Positions 41,317 through 54,648 of a stretch of 64,000 nt of DNA are shown piece by piece. Source of the DNA: Octopus vulgaris. Its lineage: Eukaryota. The notes under the pieces are model-generated. The model was not told the origin of the DNA. It ran no database searches and saw only the letters and a list, made by a program, of their open reading frames with translations. The stretch is taken from positions 18,476,001-18,540,000 of the forward strand of contig OX597838.1 in the NCBI GenBank assembly GCA_951406725.2. Direction: 5' to 3'. Positions within the stretch are counted from its first letter, which is position 1. Each line of letters begins with the position of its first letter. Position numbers and translations under genes: made by a program.

Positions 41317-41815
41317 CTAGCAGTATCGCCCGGCGTTGCTCGGGTTTGTAAGGGAAATAACTATATAAGCATTTTTAGAGAGTTACTTCCCTTATAGATG
41401 CCAATTCGGGCTTTCTTAGCCATTTCTGTTTTGGTGTCTTCAAGCCATGAAGTCGTTGTTCTAAAAGAACGCTGGTCTCCTTGACAACGCTTTACGACGT
41501 TGATTTCCTTACACTCCCTTCCCCACAGCTTCACGAGGGAGGGAAGAAGAGGGAGAAGCAAACAGATGCAGGGGTGACCATGGACGCCAACTCCGCCGCC
41601 ATCGACATTAAAATGGAATAAAAAAATTATGTTAAATTATTTTTAAAATCGTAGACTCATCGTAGACGCGCGCTAATACTCAGACGCGCTCGATATGAAT
41701 CACGACTATAAGATACCCGAATTTGGTTAAACTGCACCGCAAAATGTGGGAGTAGTTAGGAATCTAAATCGAAGGGGACAGACACTCACACAACTACAGT
41801 TTTATATATATATAT
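41317..41815 (-). mobile_element. Non-autonomous Helitron
   Basis: Minus strand ends CCCG-AGCAACGC-CGGG hairpin, 8 nt, CTAG then T; 5' end runs into TATATATAAAA. Confidence 0.65.
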
Positions 41816-41867
41816 ATATACGTAAATTTATGCATATATACACATGTATTACGTATGTATACACACG

Positions 41868-41900
<33 letters not shown>

Positions 41901-42084
41901 GCACACACATAATTTTACGTATATAAACGCACACGCATACAAACACATATATACAGAAAGAAGGAAAGAAAGACTGTTCTTTAGATGGATAGATAGATAC
42001 GCACACGTAGAAACACACAAATACACACACACGCGCACACTTATGTTATAACATTATATACACAAACACACATATGCATACATA

Positions 42085-42157
<73 letters not shown>

Positions 42158-42193
42158 ATATATGTCTAGACATATATATGTGTGTATATATAA

Positions 42194-42506
42194 GGCGCAT
42201 GGCTTAGTGGTTAGGGCATTCGAATCACGATTGTAAGGTCGTAAGTTCAATTCACGGTGACGCGTTGTGTCCTTGGGCAAGACACTTTACTTTCACGTTG
42301 CTCCAGTCCACTCGGCTGACAAAAATGAGTAGGGCCTATATTTCAAAGGGGCCACTGTGTCACGCTGAATCTCCGTGAGACACGTGTACCCTTAGAGTAC
42401 ACGTGTCTGTGGAGTGCTCACCCACTTGTACACTAATTTCACGAGCAAGCTGTTCCGTTGATCGTATCAGCTGGGGCCCGCGTCGTCGCAACCGACGGAG
42501 TGCTCC
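42194..42506 (+). mobile_element. tRNA-derived SINE, OK-like
   Basis: TGGCTTAGTGG A-box, GTTCAATTC B-box, GTGTCCTTGGGCAAGACACTT central domain; 3' half shared with 44601-44985. Confidence 0.75.
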
Positions 42507-42554
<48 letters not shown>

Positions 42555-42681
42555 TAGAGATAAAACCACTATTAGGCAAATCATACGATGAAAACCTTAA
42601 GCCAATACATAAGATGAATTTATTTATATTATTTTAAATATATATCAAAATGATTAAAAAAAGATAATTAGTATAACACTA

Positions 42682-42734
<53 letters not shown>

Positions 42735-42739
42735 TATAA

Positions 42740-42771
<32 letters not shown>

Positions 42772-43482
42772 TTAAGTATGCATATTATATATATATATGT
42801 AAGTGTGTGTATGTGAGTGTTTGTGTGTTTGTGCGCGTGTGTGTGTGTGGGTGGGTGTGTGTGTGTATGTGTGTTCTTACGTGCGTCCTTTTCTGCATGA
42901 GTATATATGCATACATAGATACATGGACCAATATATCGACCTAAGCATTTCGATAAACACACTAAACAAACAGCGGCAAAACTACAATTTTTTTCCTGGC
43001 GTGTTTCAATACGAAGATTTGGTGAATCAAAATTCCTGTAACGTTGGCTTTTCTCCAAGAATATTCGCTGCTTAGTCCACATCTCCCACAACATCCGACA
43101 CCCCCATCTCACGGCTAGTACTGCTGGCGGTTAAATAATCCGATTGTTTTGGCCAATGGAAATCAATAGACTGTTTCAACTGGATAAATTGTCAGCAGGT
43201 CATTTTTGCTGACCTTTGCAACTCCCTTTCTCTTACTCACCACCAAGTTATCTTCGCTGAACTTTGACCTTCTCCCTATCGTTCATCCAATCACGTCACG
43301 TGTTAGTTTTGCACAATAACAGTTTTACTGGGAAACTAATTGAGAGCCGGGGAAGATAATCGTTACAGGTGAGTAATATTTAGTTTAAGACGGATATGTG
43401 CGAGTACGTGTTTTTGTGTGTATGGTTTATGTGTTGGTATGTAGGTATACATATATATGTGGGGGTGCATGTGTGTACGTAC

Positions 43483-43568
<86 letters not shown>

Positions 43569-43659
43569 TTATAAATTTGTCTGTATGTGTGTTTGTGTGT
43601 GTGTGTGTGTGTGTATATATATTTACATATGTATATGTACAAGTGGATGCATACATTCG

Positions 43660-43699
<40 letters not shown>

Positions 43700-44085
43700 C
43701 GCATGCGTAGATGCGTGGTAAGAAATTTGCTTCCCAACCACATGGTTCCAGTTCAAGATCTACGGTGTGGCACATTGGACAAGGGCCTTCCAAGATAGCC
43801 TCAAGCCAAGGCATTGTGACTGGTTTTCGTAAACGGAAACTAAAAGAAGCTCGTCGCATGCATATATATATACACACACACACACACACAGGCACACATG
43901 TGTGTATGTTTGTGTGTGTGTGTGTGTTTTACCCTCACCACAGCTTGACAACCGGTGTTGGCGTAATTACGTCCCAGTAAAACAGCGGTTCTGCCAAAGT
44001 TGACCGATAGAATAAGTACTGAAATTGGCCATTGCGGTACTCCGCCATGACCGCAGTCTAATCACTGAAACAAGTATAAGATAAA
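43700..44085 (+). mobile_element. SINE family 2, decayed
   Basis: Family match. Confidence 0.65.
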
Positions 44086-44600
44086 TGATAAAAATTACAT
44101 TTGTAATTATATAATATTATATAAAAGTCATTTAGCCATTTACGAACACACGAACCAGAGATCAACAGCATGTACTGAACATCAAATTAATGTATTAACA
44201 ACATTTGTAAACCTCACAACCCATCTGCCCTTTACAGCACACTAACTTATCATATTCTACGTATTTTTATTAACACAAACGCAAAACTTTCCTTGTTTCC
44301 TTTGACGTAAGTTTGTCTTTAAACATAGCAAATAACGATAAAAGCAGTTTCGTGTGAACAGCCATTTTGTTTCACAGCCATTTGTTATTTAATCTCCACT
44401 TTGAAGAGTTCCTCTCACACATCACAGAAACTAATTATTTGACAGATTCTAAACATTATAAATTATATTCCAGCGATGATTTGTTGGCTCAGTAGTTCGA
44501 ACTTCGTATGAAAAGATTTTGCGAGATTTATTCTAGTTATGGTGTTTTCTGAGTTCAGATATCACCGGATTCGACTTTGCCCTTTATCTATTCGGGCTCT

Positions 44601-44985
44601 GTGGAGGCGCAATGGCCCAGTGGTTAGGGCAGCGGACTCGCGGTCGTAGGATCGCGGTTTCGATTCCCAGACCAGGTGTTGTGAGTGTTTATTGAGCGAA
44701 AACACCTAAAAAGCTCCACGATGTTCCGGCAGGGATGGTGCTGATCCCTGCTGTACTCTTTCACCACAACTTTCTCTCACTCTTACTTCCTGTTTCTGTT
44801 GTACCTGTATTTCAAAGGGCCGGCCTTGTCACTCTCTGTGTCACGCTGAATATCCCCGAGAACTGCGTTAAGGGTACACGTGTCTGTGGAGTGCTCAGCC
44901 ACTTACACGTTAATTTCACGAGCAGGCTGTTCCGTTGATTCGGATCAACCGGAACCCTCGTCGTCGTAACCGACGGAGTGCTTCC
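44601..44985 (+). mobile_element. tRNA-derived SINE, OR-like, nested in a decayed family 1 SINE
   Basis: TGGCCCAGTGG A-box and TTCGATTCC B-box; imperfect flanking duplication ATCTATTCGGGCTCT / ATCCATTCGGGTCTCT. Confidence 0.85.
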
Positions 44986-45116
44986 ATATCCATCCATTCG
45001 GTCTCTAAAGTATGAGACCAGCGCTGGCGTCGCTACTTTTCTTTCTCTCAACTCGTTTTTTCCGCCTCTCACTCTGAAAGTAATTCCACCTGAAGTGGAA
45101 TACGTTTCGCCAGACT

Positions 45117-45323
45117 TACGAGGTAATTCTCAAAAGTTCCTTGTCTTTGGGTAAAAGAAAATACAGGAAGATCAGTTAATTATGATTTTATACAACATAT
45201 TCTCCTCTCGGATTCACACACTTATTGCAGCGGTCTTTCAGTTTTTCTAAGCCCTGTAAAAGAACTCGGAAGGTTAGACCTCCAACAAGCCCTTAAAGCC
45301 AGGAACATCTCAGCATCCCTTGT
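45117..45323 (-). mobile_element. Short non-autonomous mariner (MITE-like)
   Basis: Decayed TIR pair TACGAGG...AAAAGTTCC and AAAGCCAGGAACATCTCAGCATCCCTTGT; internal KLKDRCNKCVNPRGEYV transposase C-terminus. Confidence 0.6.
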
Positions 45324-45679
45324 CAAATGATAAATACAAGTTGTATGTCATGAGGGAGACTTTACGACGCCACCAGACTTGAGAATCGATGGAAAAAACG
45401 AAACAATATTTGTCTATACAAAACAATGTAACGTTATACTCCATTATCTGTACTGTATATTCCATAACGTTTAAACGACGCTAAATAAATAAGCATTTGG
45501 TTTGCGACTAAATGTACAACACCCAAAAGGGGTGATCGATTTCTTAAGTTGGGGGTAACGTTTCTTTCAAATAAAACAAAATAAATGTTAGTTTCCAGAC
45601 TTTTATGAAATTATTCATCGAATTACAGTATGGGTTATTAGGTTGTGAAAAAGTCATAACCTTAGTCTGTGTATGAGTC

Positions 45680-46416
45680 GAACTTATCTCGAAGTACCTT
45701 GACCGTGTCTTCACCTACGTAGTGGCTTCTCTCCCCTCACACATTCACGGCACCAACCATATTCTTCGTTTATTTAATTCTTTCTCCTTCCCTCCTGGCC
45801 TTTCGCAACTCCAGTTCACTCCGGATATCAAATCTTTATACAAAGTGATCACGCATAACGAAGATCATCTTGCTTTCAAGCACTGTCTAAATCTTCGTCC
45901 AGACTCTCAGCCCAACACCGCCATCCTTCTTTGTTTGGCTGAACTCGTCCTCTCCCCAACTGCTCCTTGTTTGCAAGTTTCGTCGGCTATATTGAGTGCC
46001 AAATATTCTTACAGTTCACTGGTCCTACTCCAGAGCTATATGGTCATTATATCGACGATTCTATCGGTGTGAACTCCTCACTCTCCCACAAAAATCATGA
46101 CTCTTTCCTCACCTTCCATCCTGCTCCCGACTTCTTCTGCATAATCTCTAACTCCGCTGAATTTCTCGGAATTTCATTTAGTGTACACCACTCCATTCTT
46201 ACTATCTCCATCACACAGATTCACACCTCTATCTCAACTATTTCTCCTAACACCCTACCCACACCAAAATCTCCATCCCCTTCTTCCAGTTCCTCCGTCT
46301 ACGCCGGCTCTGCAGAGATTCAGAGACTCAGTCTCGCCTCATGGCTCGCCACTTCACCCTACGTGGATATCTCTTCGCCATTATCCAAACTGCACAATCC
46401 ATTGAGCGTGCCTCTG

Positions 46417-46475
<59 letters not shown>

Positions 46476-46820
46476 CGCACTCGCCGCTCACTTATTCGCC
46501 TTCCTTTACCCCTCACCCTACCTCTCCAACGTACCATTCTCTGAGTTTTACGTCGACTCAAGTCCGATCCCTTCCACCTCCCACATCTTCTCTAACCGAC
46601 CCCTTCATCCTTCAAATGCGCCCATAATCTGCGTGACCATTTGGTCTGTAGTTTCTTCCCGATTTCTGCTACTCAACCTGGTTCAATCCTTTGCTCTCGC
46701 CCGCGCTGTCGCACCTGCCCCTATCTCCCCAACACCCATTATCCGCGGCAGTACCCATCACACACCGCCTATCACATCACCGACCCCTTTACCTGCACAC
46801 ACATTAGCATCCAATACCTT
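45680..46820 (+). pseudogene. Penelope-like element reverse transcriptase plus Cys-rich linker (Neptune-like), frameshifted
   Basis: ELISKYLD, DIKSLY, LAELVL, YIDD, HFTLRGY, NLRDHLV, CSRPRCRTCPY, FTCT motifs across several frames. Confidence 0.85.
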
Positions 46821-46824
46821 CTAA

Positions 46825-46915
46825 CCCCTAACTCTCGTCACCCCTAACTCCCGTCACCCCTAACTCCCGTCACCCCTAACTCCCGTCACCCCTAACTCCC
46901 GTCACCCCTAACTCA
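46825..46915 (+). repeat. 16 bp minisatellite (CCCCTAACTCCCGTCA), about 5.5 copies
   Basis: Direct reading. Confidence 0.95.
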
Positions 46916-47085
46916 CCTCTCACCTCCATGCATTCCTTCACAACACACAGCATTCATTCTTAAAAAAGAACACACAGAATACACACACGCACACAACACG
47001 CATAAACACAACACGCATAAACACATACAACCTTCATACATAAGCATACGCAATACACGCGCACAATATACGGTCACACACAAAC

Positions 47086-47165
47086 ACACACACTTCATGC
47101 ACTAACATACACATCTGCGAACACCACTCGAATAAGCACACATTAACTGCTACACAAAAGCGTTT

Positions 47166-47209
<44 letters not shown>

Positions 47210-47315
47210 ACACACACACACACACACAAGCGCACAAACGCTTGTGTGTAGCAGTTAATGTGTTCTTATTCGAGTGGTGTTTACAGATGTGTATGTTAGT
47301 GCATGAAGTGTGTGT
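47086..47315. repeat. ~80 bp imperfect inverted repeat around (CA)n
   Basis: Arms ~47086-47167 and ~47234-47315. Confidence 0.85.
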
Positions 47316-48439
47316 CATAACCCGAACGCGTATGTCTATGTTTAACCACCAATATCTTAAATGAAGCAGTAACTTCTCTTGTTTCCAAACTATATACGTG
47401 TTTCCGTGCATACGTGTATTTGTGTATATGTATGTTTATGTTAATGGCAAAAAGTATTGTCTGAACGCGGAGAACAACAGAGTACTCAATATGTAATATA
47501 TAGATTAATAACCAAATATAGGTATTAAAAAGTTGATAAATAAATAAATATGAATCTATAAAAGATATATTTTTTTTTAATTTATAAAATTATAAATGTA
47601 TAAAATTATAAAAAAAGATATAGTAAAAATGGTAAAAATGGGTTAATAGAATTGGAAATGAAACGAAATATTAAAATTGTGAATGCAAATAAATCAAAAA
47701 TGTAAATATAATAAAATGAATTTTAAATGACCGAACGTGGAATAAAGTGAAATAAAATCGATTAAAACGGAATCGAAGGTAATATAGCTTAGTTATTATA
47801 GGAGTGCGACGTAAAGCGATTTGGTATTACTTAGTTGAACGCACAGAACTATTAGAATTGACAAGCCTCTTCAAAAAGGAGTTTACGAAAGTTAACAAAT
47901 CTGTCTGAGCCAGAAACTATGTTTTGTGTTAAGGCGATTTATAGCGGACAAAACTATTTTTTGGTGTGTGTTTGCAAGTATTTCATAGCTATGACCTGAC
48001 ATTTAAGCCGTATTTTTGCTTCAAGATGGTTATTTTGGCAATTAACCATAACCAGTAACGAAGCCATGAAGTGAAGCTACACTAGTGATGTGGCTGTGTG
48101 CCATTTAGGAAAGAGCCCTTATTTCTGAACGAATGACGTGTCGCTTCTCGAATTCAACAGGTATACTTAGATTAAGTGACCATGCAGTGTTTCCGAGCAT
48201 TGCCGATATTGGATGAATAAGTTGAAGATATTCTCGTGCGTCCGGTGTAGGATTTCGGAAAAAAAGAAAGGAATCATTTAATTGAACCTTAACAAATGAA
48301 ACTACAGATTTTCTCATATAGTTATCATCAAACAGACAGTTGTCAGAGTTAACATAGGGACACATAGGTGCTGTGTCTGAATTTTGAATTTTATTGCCAA
48401 TGACACTCTTAATGGATTCTAATTCCACCAAGAAGCTCT

Positions 48440-48734
48440 TTGATTCACCAGATATTGCTCCTTCGGATTTCCACTTATTCAGGTCTCTGCAGAATAGTCT
48501 TAATGGTAAAAATTTCAATTCTTTGGATGACGTAAAACGATCCCCAGATGAATTCTTTGCTTTGAAACCACGTCAATTCTGGGAAGAGGGTATTTTCAAG
48601 TTAAAGGAAAGTTGGAGACGCATTGTGCAACAAAATGGTTCGTATTTGGTTGATTAAAAATGTAATGGCAAGTATTTATTGACCTTTTTTCTTTCCTTTA
48701 AAAAATCGGCACGAACTTTCCGGAAAACCCAATA
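48440..48734 (+). mobile_element. Mariner (DD34D) transposase C-terminus and right TIR
   Basis: SPDIAPSDFHLFRSLQNSLNGKNF...GIFKLKESWRRIVQQNGSY*; ends AAATCGGCACGAACTTTCCGGAAAACCCAA-TA. Confidence 0.9.
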
Positions 48735-49149
48735 TTAACGAGCAAGTTTTCTCTTGTAATTTTCAGCAACATTAGGCCATAAATTATAGGGCCCACAATG
48801 CACACCCGACTTGACTTATTCCCAGTTAGTGGGATTTAGTTTTGTCTGCCCGATAGAGTATCTCCAATAACATGCAAAGAATAGTTCGCTTGCTTTAAAA
48901 AAAAAAAGCCGTTATATATACGAAACAGTATCCATTAAAGAAATCGAATGGAGAGGTACTGTGCATGAATATTCCTTCAAAAGACCTGCCTGAAATTAAA
49001 ATTAACTTAGTGAAAAGGATGGTTCTGTACAATAATGTATTCGTCATCAACTAACATCTCCTCGCTTTAAATGAAAAGCATTATAACCTCACATCTGATG
49101 AAAGGAAACATCAATGACCAGCATATTCATGTTAAAATCTGCCAGAACT

Positions 49150-49406
49150 TACTCTTTTACGCTTTTACCCCTTTACTTGTTTCAGTCATTTGACTGTGGC
49201 CATACTGGAGCATCGCCTTTAGTCGAGCACATCGACCCCAGGACATATTCTTTGTAAGCCTAGTACTTATACTATCGGTCTCTTTTGCCGAACCGCTAAG
49301 TTACGGGGACGTAAACACACCAGCACCGGTTGTCAAGCGATGTAGGGGGAGACAAACACAGACACACAAACATACACACACACACACACATACACGACAC
49401 ACACAC

Positions 49407-49438
<32 letters not shown>

Positions 49439-49612
49439 ATATATATACGACGAGCTTCTTCCAGTTTCCGTCTACCAAATCCACTCACAAGGCTTTGGTC
49501 GACCCGAGGCTATAGCAGAAGACACTTGCCCAAGGTGCCACGCAATGGGACTGAACTCGTAACCATGTGGTCGGTAAGCAAGCTACTTACCACACAGACA
49601 CTCCTACGCCTA
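49150..49612 (-). mobile_element. SINE family 2, full length
   Basis: Family match. Confidence 0.9.
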
Positions 49613-50157
49613 TTGAAAATAAATTGATGTTTTTTCTTTGGATTCTCACTGTGCTGCCTGCACCCCATAAATTATTATGCTAATATACAGTCATTTGGTA
49701 TTTTGTTGAAATAAGTTTCATTAACCAGACTGTCCTTATTAAAATGAAATATTAAAATGCCGTGTTTTAAAGTTTAAGATTATTTACACGAATAAGAATA
49801 TTAATTTTCATTCGCGGAAAAACAGAAAATATTGAAATATTTGGTGTACTCAGATCAATCAGAGAGCGAGTGGAATTATCGCTAAAATTCATTAACTTAT
49901 TAGGTAAAAAATTTTCTGAAAAATTATAGATTTTTGATATGAATAACAGTAAGCTAGGCTTGTGCTGTGCGCTAGATTTTAGCTCAGAAAAGGAAAATAT
50001 TAAAGACAAACATTTCAGAATAAATAAACCGGATTGTTTACGCATTGATGAATTTTCCTCACACACATACACAGACACACACACACACACACACAAATAT
50101 ATATATATTTACATATATATATATATATTTACATATACATATTTACATATATATATT

Positions 50158-50215
<58 letters not shown>

Positions 50216-50253
50216 CATACATACATACATACATACATACATACATACATACA

Positions 50254-50284
<31 letters not shown>

Positions 50285-50399
50285 TATTTGTCAACTTGTA
50301 CTTGATTATGGCGTCTTGGGATTTCTTCTCGAGTCTTTTTCCTTACTTGACTTCGTAGATGACTTTTCTTGTCAGTTTTCGACTTCATCGTTTCGCCAT

Positions 50400-51300
50400 A
50401 CACGTGGCTCTTGGAACCAGCTTTTTCGCAGCTTTTGATGTTTTCTTGCCTATTTCCTCAACGGAATTGCTCTTTTGTATGACTAATTATTTCTCTTTCA
50501 AGTAACGCCAAACCATCAGAGATAGATTTCCCCACGTTTGCTTGCCTTCCTAGTTCTCTCTAGTATCAGTACATTTCTTCAGGTTTATCTCGAGGTCTTC
50601 GTACCGTTGTTTGGGTTATGAAGCTTTGATCTTTCCTTGTTTTAAATTCCCATGAGATAGTTGTTTTAGAATTCTGGTATTACTCATTCAAACAAGTCCA
50701 CTCCACCTTAAAACACTCCAAACGATGATAACTTCTATGCTAATCATTTGAGCTTTCTCTAGACCTTCGGTATTCAAGATGTGTGTATGGTCCACTTCAT
50801 ATTCACAGCATTGGTAAAACCGTTCGAGCATCTTAATATGATTTTGTAGATCATCCAAGTTTAACAGCCATTCAATAAAGCCGAGAGGAGAGCACACACG
50901 TTTTGTAGATAGATATCTTTACGCTTAATCTGATCCCTTGTTTGGTTAAAGCCTGCTTTCCAGATTTCCAAAATCCGTCCAAAACCTTGTTCATTTTGTA
51001 TAAGATCTCCTTCCCAAAACTTGCATTATCTGACGGTGCCCTTCCCGGATGAGAATAAGGATTCTTTACTTTCAATTCTTAATCTCTTGCTAACATCTTT
51101 GGTTTAACATATGGCATTCCATGTGAAACCGATAAGATAACTTCTGTTTTCTTCAAATGCATTTCCAAAGCAAAACCTTAATCCATTAAAAACTATAATC
51201 AGATCTTACAGTGCTTGTTCTGTACGAATTCCTATATCACAATCATCAGCAAGAAATAGTTTCCTAAAAGAATATTCAAACATTTTAGTATCTGCGGTAA
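50400..51300 (-). mobile_element. Decayed RTE-clade LINE fragment
   Basis: LFLADD, FALEMHLKKTEV, IRLSVKISIYKTCVLS, LERFYQ, LRWSGLV motifs with stops and frameshifts. Confidence 0.7.
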
Positions 51301-51375
51301 ATCTCCAGAACTTGAACACATACATACACATACACATGCACGTATACATATATACCTACATGCATACATGCATGC

Positions 51376-51420
<45 letters not shown>

Positions 51421-51494
51421 GATAGATAGATAGATAGATAGATATACATATATATATATATATATACATGTATATATATATACATATATATACA

Positions 51495-51550
<56 letters not shown>

Positions 51551-51714
51551 CATATATATATACGTACATATATTATATATAATTTAATAAACACAGTACA
51601 TATATTTATGAGCTACTAACAGTTCCATGCGATAAAAAGAATTCAGTCGCCATTTTATATTTCATAATACTTATCTCTCAGGATAGTATGTTATATATAT
51701 ATATATATATATAT

Positions 51715-52420
51715 ACAGGTGAAATTTATAGAAAATCCCAAAACAAAAGAACGTCAAGGAACAACAAGCAGATGTATTAGTTTAACGCTCAAGCCTACTC
51801 TCTTCAATAGAAAGGAATAAGAGAAAATAAACCGAGAGAAAATTTAAATAATAAATTGTAGATTTAGCGTTAAGTATGGCGAATGATTAGTAAAAAATGT
51901 TTGAAAGAAGAGGTTGAAAGAAAGGGAGATAATAAAGTGCTAGTGATCGCAAATAAAGCTGCGCCTGTGTATGTGTGTGAATGTCTGTGTGTGTGTGTGT
52001 GTGTGTGTTTGAAAATGGTGTGTGTGAATGTGTGTGTGAATAGGGGCTAGTGACTTTGACGTGTGTGTGTGTGTGCGTGTAAGTGTGTGCATCTGTAATG
52101 TGTGGCTGCTCGTATAGTGGTATGCGTGGTGACGCTATTGAAGATTGTGTGTGGGTGTGTGGATGATGGTGTGTGATGTGGGTACTGGAAAGTGGTCAGT
52201 GCTAGTGTGTGTGGAGTGTGTAATTTTGTGTTGGGTGTGTGGTGTGTGTGTGCATGGGGTGGGGTGCTGGCGGCATCAATGAATAGAGGAGGTAAGTAGG
52301 AGAGAAGACAGCAAGTAGGTGTCAGATGAAGAGAGGGGGAGTTGAGCCGACGTGGAGCAAAGAAGCGAAAAAGAAGATTAATTCCTGTTCACGGTGAAGT
52401 CGGGCGTCCGAATGACCCCA
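51715..52420 (-). mobile_element. PLE 3' end: GIY-YIG C-terminus, microsatellite-rich UTR and family B terminal segment
   Basis: GHSDARLHREQELIF...APRRLN at 52420-52325; family B sequence with internal deletion at 51715-51840. Confidence 0.65.
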
Positions 52421-52511
52421 GTGTGTATGTATACACAAAATATATACATATATACATAAATTTATATATGCATATACATAAATATAAATATATATATAAA
52501 TACATACATAC

Positions 52512-52555
<44 letters not shown>

Positions 52556-53036
52556 GATTATATATCTATGTATGGGTGCATTTATATTCATGTGTAAATG
52601 CATAAATGACGTCAAAGCGCTTAAACCGCCGGACATTCAACTTTCGCCATGTATTGTATAAATACGTGGGTGGACAACAAGGAGTGGAGAGCGAGATCTA
52701 CGAGAACAGAAGGAAGCGTTAGAAGTAGACGTGTGGGAGGGGGAAATCGCCTGGATATGTTTTAGCAGGTGTGTGTGTGTGTATGTGAGTGCGTGCGTGT
52801 CTGTATCTACGCATATATATATATAGCTGACAAATAATAAAACATATATATATATAGCTGACAATACAGCGACAGTGATATATGGATACACACACACACA
52901 TACACACGAATTCGATCGGACGAAACTAGATTGGTTAACCGGAAAAAGATTCTCAAGTGCATCACACATGCACTCATGCCACCCCACCACTACTACATAA
53001 ACTGCATATACATATGGTAATTTCCAGCAATAGCTG

Positions 53037-53069
<33 letters not shown>

Positions 53070-53134
53070 ATATATATATACACACGTCGGAAACATAGGA
53101 GAAGGAAAGATCCCGAGAAGGAAGACAGAGGAAA

Positions 53135-53192
<58 letters not shown>

Positions 53193-53230
53193 CCTCTGTC
53201 TTCCCTTCTCGGGATCTTTCCTTCTCCTAT

Positions 53231-53265
53231 GTTTCCGACGAAGAGCTCCGCTCGAAACGTTAAAC
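53231..53265 (+). ncRNA. Minimal type I hammerhead, family C (U4C core)
   Basis: GUUU-CCGACGA-A-GAGC(UCC)GCUC-GAAAC-GUU/AAAC. Confidence 0.65.
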
Positions 53266-54596
53266 CCTCCTTCTTCCCTTCTTTCCTGAGCGTCCAATAA
53301 TATTTTATTTGTTCCACGTCCTCGCGTTGCTGTATTTTTTTGTTTTCTTTGTGTTTTCTTGTTTGGATTCTCTTGCTCCTCCTCCTCCCACCCGTCGTTG
53401 ACCCGCGACGAGAGCTCCGCTACTGTCTTTCTAGCATCTACCTTCTTGAGGTGTGGACGGCAATTCTCTTTGCTCCGTTCGCCGTTCACAGAATTTAGCG
53501 TTCGTACTCCTTTTTTTCGTTCGGCGTTAACAGCCCTTCTTGTCTTGTTATTTTCCTTGTCCTGTCTTTTACTGCTTATATTTTGTACTGTCGTTACTGT
53601 CCTGGTTTTGTTACCATTTTACCCCTCTGCAAAAAGATCTCAAATTTTATTTGATTTGCTTTTCGCAAGAACGAAAGTTTCTTATCGAAGTTACGTCTCG
53701 CCTTTACCTTCGAAACGTGGAGTAGATGAAACCATGGTGACTGAAGAAGGGGTTTTTTCCTTGTGTTATTTGTTCTGTACTCTTTCTTTGTTGTTTAAGA
53801 AAAATGTCCAGTTCCTTGTGTTTGTGTCTATGTTTTCGTTTCTCATTGTGTTCGCCATTTTTTTGGTGTCCTGTACTCATATATGCGCGTATATATACAT
53901 GTAGAGGTAGGTACGTACATATATGTACATATATATGCATATGTTTTATTTATTAATATATCATATATGTATATATATCATATATGTATATATGTACATG
54001 CACGAATGTGTGTTTACATCTATGAAGCCATATACACGAATCTCTATATGTAAGAAATGGGTTACTTATCTGTCTGGAAATAATTCACCATTGTTGTCCT
54101 TCTAATGTCAATTATAATCAACACACTTGTGGCGATGTGTGTGTGTGTGTGTGCGCGCGCGCATTTGCGTGCGCGTTTCCGTGTGTGTTTCTGTGTGTGC
54201 GTGTGGTGTACGAGTGTTTGTGAATGTGTTAGTAACTGACATATTCTTTGTCCCACGTCTGTCAGTTTATAACCTCATCTACAAACAAAGCTGAAAGTTC
54301 GCCATTATACCGGAACTTGTTGTGTTTTCACAATCTATATTCCTTTCTGTGGGTTCGTGTTTCTTTATTGATTGGACACTGGCCAATACATCACATTTGC
54401 TGCGACAGTTTACTGATTACATTGGTCAATATGTTTGGACAAACAACTGTCCGCATACACAGTGCTCCATACACACTCATACACATCTGGTTACCTGATA
54501 TAATATATATATATATATATATATGTGTGTGTATGTGTTATGTATGTATATATGCAGATACACTTACGCATACACGACACACATGCGTATATGGAG

Positions 54597-54648
<52 letters not shown>

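Noticed and set aside
44601-44675. tRNA-like sequence with A and B boxes
   Set aside because: Head of a SINE continuing into a repeat body, not a tRNA gene
48105-48518. 137 aa minus-strand ORF
   Set aside because: Starts antisense within the mariner fragment; remainder has no recognisable motif
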